From IMG/VR virus record IMGVR_UViG_3300031867_000027, positions 28,752 to 92,751 of that record: a DNA stretch of 64,000 nucleotides. One strand, written 5' to 3'. Positions 56,925 to 64,000 of the stretch are shown here, piece after piece (the first letter of the stretch is position 1; each line of letters opens with the position of its first letter). Origin of the DNA: a virus (Duplodnaviria > Caudoviricetes). The notes beneath the pieces are model-generated. The model worked only from the letters and a program-made list of their open reading frames with translations. It made no database searches and was not told where the DNA came from. The translations under genes were made by a program, and so were the position numbers.

Positions 56925-58782
56925 TGAAATCTCAGACAACTATACCTTTAATACAGGTACAGGTGCCTTTGCCACAGTAGCTTTGCCTATCACAGCAGCG
57001 TGGGGTCCGGCGTACATTGATCCGGCAACTCTCGATGAGGGTACAACTGTTGCAGATGTACTTGAAGATACTGATTGGTTCAGATTCCCGGCAACTCAGC
57101 AGGGTCTTGAATCATTTGTATCTACATTCAGAGGTCCTTCCTCAAACTACAAGGTAGCTAATGATTATTCATATCAGATAGCTATGACTCTGCTTACCGC
57201 AGGCTATGATGTGCTGGTATGCCGTGTATGCCCCGGTACTAACGCAAGTGGTAGCATTACATTCGGTACAGGTAAGTCTCTTGACCTGACCGCTAAGTAT
57301 CCCGGTTCATTCGGAAACAACATTAAGGTCAGCATTAATAAGCTCACTTATAGGGTTGGTGCTGAAACATACTCATACTTCAATCTTATAGTATATGTAT
57401 CACCCGATGGAGTAGGCCTTACAGCTGTTGAGAATCTTAGCTTCACGTTCGGATACAACGAAGCTGATATTCCTATGCTTGATGAACTGACTTCTGATTT
57501 CCTTACATTTACAAATCACGGTGTAGCAGATACTGATACTCCCGATCCTACACCTACCGATACTACAGCACTCTCCGGTGGTTCTGATGAGATCTCAGCT
57601 GAACTGACTACAACCGCAGCAGAGTATGCTCAGGCACGTTATGGCGGTACATATGCTGTAGATGATAACGGTTATATCAACGGAGCAGGTTATTCTACTC
57701 CGGCATCAATAGCATATGTTTCAGCATTGGCTAATACCACAATTACGGATGCTACAAAGCTCAAGGCTATTAAGCAGATGGAGTGGTGCTACAATGCAGC
57801 ATTTAATGTATACCAACTCCTGAAGGATAAGTTGAACTACAATCCTAATAGAATCATCTGTCCTTGGGATGACCAGAATATCTTAGCTATCGCTCCCGAT
57901 ACAACAATCACAGCAAGTACATTTGTTGTATCTCCGCTCCAAAAGATCATTATGGATGTAGCATTCTTCAGCAGATGTGCTACTGGTATGCTTGACCTTC
58001 CTAAGTCGCTCCCAAGAAGCTTTGTATATAATACAAATGCTACTTCCCTTGGCTATGTACAGCAGCTGTCAGAGGTCACGGTCGCTCAGGGAGAGTATTC
58101 TAACAATATTCCGCTCTTCAATACAAATAGTGGTATCTACGGTCCGTGGGCTCCCTACCGACTGGTAGGTATGCAGAAGATGGTTTCTGTTCCTCCCTCA
58201 TTCATCGCTCTGCTCATTCATAGAGCTCAGGTTCTTAATCAGGCAGAACAGTATGAGTGGATTCTTCCTAAGAACAGAAAGCATAATCTTAAAATCGGTG
58301 AACCTGATTACTCCGTATCTACTAAGCTCCTCAACATCTGGCAGAAGCTTGATGGTGTCGGTGTAAACGTTATCACTAAGATCCCTGACCTCGGTACTAA
58401 CGTATGGGGTAACTCAACACTCTTTGATGTTCCTCCGGCTACATATCAGGCTCTTGCTAATATGTCTACAAGATGGATTGTAAATGCTGTCGAAGATGTA
58501 GTATATCGCTGTGGTATCGCTATAACCTTCCAGTACAATAACGAGCAGGCTTATGGCAAGTTCTATGCAGGAGTATCACCTATACTTGATACAATGGTAA
58601 CTGTCGGAGCAATCGAAGATTACAAGATTAAGATGTCCGCAGATGTAAACGGTTTGGATCAGGTGAACGCCAATACTGTGATTGGTAAGATTTGGCTTGT
58701 TGTGAATGGTGTTGTCAATGATATTGTTGTTGACCTCATTGCACTTCCGCAGGGTACGAGTCTGGCTGCTTTCGGTGAGTAA
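56905..58782 (+). CDS. contractile tail sheath protein
   Basis: WGP, AKYPGSFGN.IKV, LSGGSD, YGPW..VPPS, VNVI..VWGNSTL. Confidence 0.88.
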   Translation: MAQIIINEISDNYTFNTGTGAFATVALPITAAWGPAYIDPATLDEGTTVADVLEDTDWFRFPATQQGLESFVSTFRGPSSNYKVANDYSYQIAMTLLTAGYDVLVCRVCPGTNASGSITFGTGKSLDLTAKYPGSFGNNIKVSINKLTYRVGAETYSYFNLIVYVSPDGVGLTAVENLSFTFGYNEADIPMLDELTSDFLTFTNHGVADTDTPDPTPTDTTALSGGSDEISAELTTTAAEYAQARYGGTYAVDDNGYINGAGYSTPASIAYVSALANTTITDATKLKAIKQMEWCYNAAFNVYQLLKDKLNYNPNRIICPWDDQNILAIAPDTTITASTFVVSPLQKIIMDVAFFSRCATGMLDLPKSLPRSFVYNTNATSLGYVQQLSEVTVAQGEYSNNIPLFNTNSGIYGPWAPYRLVGMQKMVSVPPSFIALLIHRAQVLNQAEQYEWILPKNRKHNLKIGEPDYSVSTKLLNIWQKLDGVGVNVITKIPDLGTNVWGNSTLFDVPPATYQALANMSTRWIVNAVEDVVYRCGIAITFQYNNEQAYGKFYAGVSPILDTMVTVGAIEDYKIKMSADVNGLDQVNANTVIGKIWLVVNGVVNDIVVDLIALPQGTSLAAFGE

Positions 58783-58796
58783 TTACATTACATGTA

Positions 58797-58832
58797 AAGA
58801 ATCGGAGAGTATTATGCTCTCCGATTCTTTTT
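58797..58832 (+). terminator. terminator after sheath gene
   Basis: AAGAATCGGAGAG-TATTATG-CTCTCCGATTCTT then T run. Confidence 0.75.
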
Positions 58833-58842
58833 ATTGCAACAC

Positions 58843-58871
58843 TTGACATATATGCATACATATGGTATACT
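58843..58871 (+). promoter_or_regulatory. sigmaA-type promoter for tnpA-nuclease pair
   Basis: TTGACA-17-TATACT. Confidence 0.7.
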
Positions 58872-58884
58872 AAATATGTAGGGG

Positions 58885-59295
58885 GTGTGCCTAAATATGG
58901 GGGAATTCTCAATTACATATGGTCGGGGTTATGCATATTCATTACAGTATCATATAGTGTGGGGTGTATCAATGAACGTACCTCTACTTATGGGGGATAT
59001 AGCTATTGCGGTGAAACAGAATATATTAGATTCTTTGAAATCCTTGGATATTACAGTTATTGATTTAGAAGTTGCACCAACATATATACATTTGTTTGTA
59101 AACTGCAAACCTCAGATTCGATTATCTGATGTAGTGAAAGTATTGAAAGGTAACTCAGCCCGAAAACTATTTATGTTGAATAAACGTATTAAACATACGT
59201 ATGGCATTTCACACTTATGGACTAACTCTTATTTAGTGATTAGTCATAGTGATACCTATAAATCAATCATTGCTGACTATTTGCATCAGTTATAA
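58885..59295 (+). CDS. tnpA: IS200/IS605 TnpA-like Y1 transposase, HUH motif altered
   Basis: GRGYAYSLQYHIVW, TYIHL (normally DHxH), VKVLKGNSAR.LF, HLWTNSY, YLHQ. Confidence 0.8.
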   Translation: MCLNMGEFSITYGRGYAYSLQYHIVWGVSMNVPLLMGDIAIAVKQNILDSLKSLDITVIDLEVAPTYIHLFVNCKPQIRLSDVVKVLKGNSARKLFMLNKRIKHTYGISHLWTNSYLVISHSDTYKSIIADYLHQL

Positions 59296-59311
59296 GCGAG
59301 GAGGGTGTGTT

Positions 59312-61402
59312 ATGGAGAAACGGATTTGTGTTCTATGTGGGGATGAATTTGAACCTAAATCCTCAAGAAGAACTATGTGCTATAAAGACCATTATCATGC
59401 TTGTCCTGTCTGTGGTAAGCCCGTATTAACTGATAGTCTACGGCATATTAATACTTGTTGTTCCAAGGAGTGTAGCTTAAAATCGGCACAACAAAATGCT
59501 TCACGGTATTGGCAGACACATCCGGAAGCGTTGTCGGCTAAACAGGCAAAGATTGAACAGACAAATTTAGAACGTTACGGTAGTAAGAATCCTATGGGGG
59601 ATCTGACTATACGTGAGCGACAGCATAATAATTTGAAGAAAGTTATGTCTGAAAATGCAGAAGAGATTCAGCGCAAGCGACAATCTACCAACTTAGAACG
59701 ATATGGTGTTATACATCCTATGCAGTCAGAAGGTGTAAAATCTAAGGTTGAAGCAACGTGTATGCGTTTATATGGTGAGAAGTCCACTTTACATCTGCCT
59801 GAAGTAGAGGCTAAGACCAAAGCCACATTGCTTAGTAAATATGGTGTGGATAACCCGGCTAAATCTAAGGTTGTTAGGAATAAAATGACAAATACCTGTG
59901 TTGATCGATATGGTGTACCGTATCCAAGTACAATGTGTCCGGAAATAAAATTTAAGGTTAAAACTACAATGATGGAACGCTATGGTGTTGAACACCCGAT
60001 GCAATCTTCTGATATACTACAACGAGCTTTGGATCATCGGCAAGAAACAATGTCCAATCCTATAAAACGTGAAGATATACTAAGTAGGACAAAAGCTTCA
60101 CAGGAGAAACTATACGGTGGGTGGGGAATGGCATCTCCAATACTTGCGGATAAAGCGTGTAAAACTATGGAACGCTTATACGGTGCTAAATATTATACTA
60201 TGTCTGATGTGGGTAAGAAAAAGGTCGCAGAATCAAATATAGCTAAGTTTGGTGTAGCTGTATCTACTAAAAATGCGGCTGTTAGAGCAAAACTCAAACA
60301 GACTTTGCTTTCTAAGCAATCACCACAGATGCAATCTTTTAAGAAAGATCCCATATCATTTATTCAGGAATTGCCTGAGTATAAGCGAACAGAACCAATG
60401 CTTGCATCTATATTGGGTGTGACACCATCAACAATATCAGTGTTTGTATGCAGAAACAACTTACAAGGATATTTAGTTAATACGTATTCTTCTATGGAAA
60501 ATACGGTATGTTCTTGGTTGGATGATTGGGGAATTAAATATATTCGTTGTTCTAAATCTGTAATTCCCCCATTAGAGTTAGATATATATATCCCATCGCA
60601 TAACATAGCTATTGAGTGTAATCCTACGGCAACCCATAATTCATCATTTAAGACACCTTGGGGTGCAGAACCCAAATCCTATATGTATCACAAGAATAAA
60701 TCTATTGCCTGTAGAGACATTGGCATATTCTTGTTTCACATATTTGGGTATGAGATGAATGCTCGGCCTGATGTGATTAAGTCTATGCTGAGAAATGCCT
60801 TGGGCTGTACTGAATCAAAGATTTATGGTCGAGATACCTATGTAGTAGAATTATCAGCAGAAGAATCTATGCGGTTTTTGAATGAGCATCATAGACAAGG
60901 TGGTACTAATGCGAGCATTCGACTCGGACTGAAACATAAGATGACGAACAAGTTAGTTGCAGTAATGACTTTCAATAAAGTACGTAGTACAATCGGTGAA
61001 TCTGATGATGAAGGTGAGATTCTTGAACTCTCACGTTTCTGTAATCAAATCAATACTACCGTAGTAGGGGCCGCAAGCAAGCTGTTTAAGTATTTCAAGC
61101 AGCATTACTCTTTTGATAAAGTTATTTCTTTTTCAGATATAGCACACACAAAAGGTGACTTGTATTCTGTTTTAGGTTTCCGACAAGTTAATGAGTCTAA
61201 GCCAAGTTATGTTTGGGTCAGTTTGAAAGGGGCATCATATTTCAATCGTGTAAATTGTCAGAAGAAGAACCTACCTAATTTGTTTTCAGATGTTACTCAG
61301 GAAACAATTAAGAATCATACTGAAAAGGAAATTATGATGAATCACGGATTCGCTCAGGTGTTTGATTCAGGTACGATTCGTTGGGAGTACACCAATTCCT
61401 AA
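59312..61402 (+). CDS. Hef-like endonuclease: zinc ribbons, nine T..ERYG repeats, PD-(D/E)XK domain, Mom/GNAT-like C-terminus
   Basis: ELDIYIPSHNIAIECN; ELSRFC..VVGAASKL..SFSD..G.LY..LGF; GAGGAGG RBS. Confidence 0.75.
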   Translation: MEKRICVLCGDEFEPKSSRRTMCYKDHYHACPVCGKPVLTDSLRHINTCCSKECSLKSAQQNASRYWQTHPEALSAKQAKIEQTNLERYGSKNPMGDLTIRERQHNNLKKVMSENAEEIQRKRQSTNLERYGVIHPMQSEGVKSKVEATCMRLYGEKSTLHLPEVEAKTKATLLSKYGVDNPAKSKVVRNKMTNTCVDRYGVPYPSTMCPEIKFKVKTTMMERYGVEHPMQSSDILQRALDHRQETMSNPIKREDILSRTKASQEKLYGGWGMASPILADKACKTMERLYGAKYYTMSDVGKKKVAESNIAKFGVAVSTKNAAVRAKLKQTLLSKQSPQMQSFKKDPISFIQELPEYKRTEPMLASILGVTPSTISVFVCRNNLQGYLVNTYSSMENTVCSWLDDWGIKYIRCSKSVIPPLELDIYIPSHNIAIECNPTATHNSSFKTPWGAEPKSYMYHKNKSIACRDIGIFLFHIFGYEMNARPDVIKSMLRNALGCTESKIYGRDTYVVELSAEESMRFLNEHHRQGGTNASIRLGLKHKMTNKLVAVMTFNKVRSTIGESDDEGEILELSRFCNQINTTVVGAASKLFKYFKQHYSFDKVISFSDIAHTKGDLYSVLGFRQVNESKPSYVWVSLKGASYFNRVNCQKKNLPNLFSDVTQETIKNHTEKEIMMNHGFAQVFDSGTIRWEYTNS

Positions 61403-61417
61403 TTCATATACTACTAC

Positions 61418-61462
61418 AGATCACCCTCTATCGGTAATAATCGGTGGAGGGTGATTTGTTTT
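61418..61462 (+). terminator. stem-loop after nuclease gene
   Basis: ATCACCCTCTATCGG...TCGGTGGAGGGTGAT then T run. Confidence 0.65.
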
Positions 61463-61511
61463 TATTATCAGGAAAAGTTTGAACTGAGTAATCGTTATAG
61501 TAAGTAAGGGA

Positions 61512-62243
61512 GTGAATTGTATGGCGATATCGAATGAGAAAGTAAGAGCAAGGTATGAGAAGTATATAGGCAAGACATTTGGTGAGTGGGAAGTTATCGG
61601 TGTAACAGATGAGTTCTATGTAATCGGTCAAGAGAGACGAAGAAAACTCTTATGTAGATGTAGCTGTAAAGCGCATACTGTGAGAGCAGTTAGAGCTGAC
61701 CATGTTATACACGGGATATCTACATCCTGCGGTTGTGTGAAGTCGAAAGTTCGTAGGGAGAATATAAAAGAAGTAAAACCTGATCAGTATAGGCGTAATA
61801 TTATCACACCTACGTTGTGGTATGAGGACAAGGAAGAATATGTCATAGGTCATACACCAAGCGGTTACATATTCTATATAGATAAGTGCGACTATCCCAT
61901 AATTAGCCAATATGTTTGGGGTATACATCCGTATCACGGCTTAGGATTGATAAGAACAAAGGGTGAGCCAATATCAATGATACAACTCTTAATGCATATT
62001 CACAAATTTTACAAGGTGAAGTACAAGAACGGCAATAAGCTTGATTATCGTATGGAGAATTTAGATATTACTCCTATGCCGAAAGGTGTCTACTTCAATA
62101 AAAATCATAACAAGTGGCACGTAAGACTTACTATAGACGGTAAGAGGAAAACCATAGGTTATTATTCAGTAGCGAAAGATGCTGTAAGAGCATTGGAGCA
62201 GGCTAAACAAGAGTATAGGGGGCAAAATTATGATACTACCTGA
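61512..62243 (+). CDS. HNH-AP2 endonuclease-like protein, HNH degenerate
   Basis: CRCSC...STSCGC; KYKNGNKLDYRMENL; AP2 KGVYFNK..KW.V.L.IDGK...IGYY. Confidence 0.7.
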   Translation: MNCMAISNEKVRARYEKYIGKTFGEWEVIGVTDEFYVIGQERRRKLLCRCSCKAHTVRAVRADHVIHGISTSCGCVKSKVRRENIKEVKPDQYRRNIITPTLWYEDKEEYVIGHTPSGYIFYIDKCDYPIISQYVWGIHPYHGLGLIRTKGEPISMIQLLMHIHKFYKVKYKNGNKLDYRMENLDITPMPKGVYFNKNHNKWHVRLTIDGKRKTIGYYSVAKDAVRALEQAKQEYRGQNYDTT

Positions 62244-62919
62244 GATTTATAATGTACATGATGAGATATTACCGTTAATGCCGTTTAAGATACAAGGTTC
62301 AAATGGTGTGCATATAGACCAAATACCCTATAGTGTCAGTGGTATAGATTTCTATGGTTGTGATGAGGAGATAAGTTGTTTTGCTGATACGTACCATTAT
62401 GTGTATGATAAATACGAGCATGGTCAGCTTATAAAGCAGGAATTACAGTGTAATGACTACGGCAAATATGAATACTATTTCTCCGCAGGTGCATTGGCTA
62501 TTTTGTGTTCTATTTATGATATGAATATTCCTACCGAGGAAGCTGTGACAGCATATACACGGTTATACCCTGAGTGCATTCATAAATTTTATAATTTTAT
62601 GCTGAAGCATAAACCGGATAGCGGCATAAAGTTGTCTATTGACGGTGTAGATTTTCAGATGCAGTTAGTATTTCAGTGGGAGAACTCGGTTGAACCGTAT
62701 ACGTGTGTAGGCAGCGACTGTAGATTGTATGTACCATCGAGTGAAACTTTCAAGTGCATAAATACCTCAGTAGTTCTATGGGAGCAGGCTACACCTACTA
62801 AGAATCAGGAGTGTATGCTTTGTATGAATCCAATATATAACACTCGCAGATACGCCGTTATGCTCTTAGGTGAATTATATGAAATGGCTGAGAATAAGAG
62901 TAAAAAGGGGAGGAATTAA
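62230..62919 (+). CDS. hypothetical protein
   Basis: 229-aa ORF. Confidence 0.65.
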   Translation: MILPEIYNVHDEILPLMPFKIQGSNGVHIDQIPYSVSGIDFYGCDEEISCFADTYHYVYDKYEHGQLIKQELQCNDYGKYEYYFSAGALAILCSIYDMNIPTEEAVTAYTRLYPECIHKFYNFMLKHKPDSGIKLSIDGVDFQMQLVFQWENSVEPYTCVGSDCRLYVPSSETFKCINTSVVLWEQATPTKNQECMLCMNPIYNTRRYAVMLLGELYEMAENKSKKGRN

Positions 62920-62921
62920 TT

Positions 62922-63269
62922 ATGGGTCACGCAAATATACAGCATCCTGAAACCGGGATGTGGAGATGTTGGTCTACTGTCGTAGATAATTGGATAACTG
63001 ATTGGATGACAGAATCTGATTACAAGGAATGGATAATACAGGAAGCCGCCAATAGTATGCGTGAGGAATTATTGCACTTTGGTATAAAGACATCCCGATA
63101 TATCACATATAATGATTGCATATATAGTGTTGCTTTTCAGAGTATGTGTGAACAGTGTCCGGATAGGTTTGAAAGATGTGATGAATGTGATAAGAATATC
63201 ACTGTGGAAGCTTATATCAAACAAGGGGATGACTATTTGAATTTAGGATTTGCTGAAATGGGGGTGTAA
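62922..63269 (+). CDS. hypothetical protein
   Basis: GGAGG RBS; WSTVVD motif, Cys cluster. Confidence 0.7.
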   Translation: MGHANIQHPETGMWRCWSTVVDNWITDWMTESDYKEWIIQEAANSMREELLHFGIKTSRYITYNDCIYSVAFQSMCEQCPDRFERCDECDKNITVEAYIKQGDDYLNLGFAEMGV

Positions 63270-63378
63270 TCCTGAGAACTAAAAGCACAACTGTAAAAAT
63301 GTAGGGATAAGCAATCGTTATTATATTTAGGAAGAGTAATATCTTTCCTACATATTATTTTCAGGAGGAGAATTCATA

Positions 63379-63717
63379 ATGAGAGAATTAAATCAGATTT
63401 TATCAGACATCAATGCCGAAGCTGAGAAGTTATCTGCTCTGTATAAAGAGCTGGCGTTAGCAAAAGGTATACCTGTTGGTACAGTAGATACGGTTCCTTA
63501 TGGTGGTGCTATAGTATTTACAGTAAACTCCGATTCGATGTCGTTTGATGATGAATTAATGCGTGATATGTGTGTTAAGCTTGATTCATATGGTATATTT
63601 GCGGTATTCTGCAATAGTACAGATGTGAAGTATAGTATCTATCACACAATGCAGGAGTATGGCAAAGCTCTTGATGATGCGGTGGCTGAACTTAGAGGAG
63701 AGGAGCAGGACATATGA
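63379..63717 (+). CDS. hypothetical protein
   Basis: AGGAGG RBS; promoter motif at 63312. Confidence 0.7.
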   Translation: MRELNQILSDINAEAEKLSALYKELALAKGIPVGTVDTVPYGGAIVFTVNSDSMSFDDELMRDMCVKLDSYGIFAVFCNSTDVKYSIYHTMQEYGKALDDAVAELRGEEQDI

Positions 63718-64000
63718 TATTATGTTTTGAGTTGACAATGCCTAACCGGGGATCGTGGAATGGTCGGTGGTCTGGTGAAGATGATAAGCATTATATCATC
63801 AGAGCCTATCGCACAAAGGCTGAGATTGAGAAATATTCCTATCTTGACGGTAAGGACTTCTGGCACCGTTGGAATGATGGTTGGACAGCTTGTATATCCT
63901 GCTCAATCATAGATTCAAAAGAAGCAGCAAAGCGTAGGAAACAGAGTAAAGGTTTCTGTGGGTATGATTGGATGGTGCAGAGCATTCTTTCCGGCAATAT
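63714..64000 (+). CDS. conserved phage hypothetical protein, truncated by window end
   Basis: MILCFELTMPNRGSWNGRWSGED...WNDGWTACI. Confidence 0.7.
   Translation, partial: MILCFELTMPNRGSWNGRWSGEDDKHYIIRAYRTKAEIEKYSYLDGKDFWHRWNDGWTACISCSIIDSKEAAKRRKQSKGFCGYDWMVQSILSGN

Larger units (their letters stand above)
149..63324. promoter_or_regulatory. dispersed motif (C)AATCGTTATWA, putative middle promoter (span = first to last copy)
   Basis: Plus-strand copies near 149, 6846, 8769, 12695, 16823, 22012, 23628, 23682, 29790, 35011, 40416, 61489, 63312; minus-strand copies near 19883 and 20897; each oriented toward a downstream gene start. Confidence 0.8.

Noticed and set aside
59312-61402. TnpB or IscB RNA-guided nuclease
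   Set aside because: No RuvC motifs or TnpB-type C-terminal zinc finger; architecture is repeats plus PD-(D/E)XK plus GNAT-like.

Overview
A 64-kb segment of a large AT-rich myovirus-type phage genome. The host is probably a Firmicute (Clostridia-like), inferred from sigmaA-type promoters, GGAGG/GAGGTG ribosome-binding sites and a DUF4317-like gene. Left to right: the 3' end of tRNA-Leu(CAA); six DNA methyltransferase genes in a cluster plus a large multi-TRD C5 methylase with an overprinted beta subunit; an AcrVA2-like anti-CRISPR locus; a large serine recombinase; a late virion-protein block; three sigma-like genes with a repressor/antirepressor pair; and a full replisome (loader, DnaB, primase, SSB, family-A polymerase split by two group I introns, beta clamp, DnaX/HolA/HolB, RecA, resolvase). 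A morphogenesis block follows (HNH-intein terminase, catalytically dead LigA homolog, portal, neck, tail sheath), then a degenerate IS200/605 TnpA paired with a repeat-rich Hef-like nuclease. Best candidate new system: five methyltransferases and one replication-region protein share a C-terminal [KR][KR]LF-stop tail, suggesting docking on the phage's own sliding clamp (replication-coupled methylation). Also notable: three promoter classes that map onto a sigma cascade, and a group I intron that appears to end in A rather than G. All family calls come from motif recognition by eye; no database searches were run.
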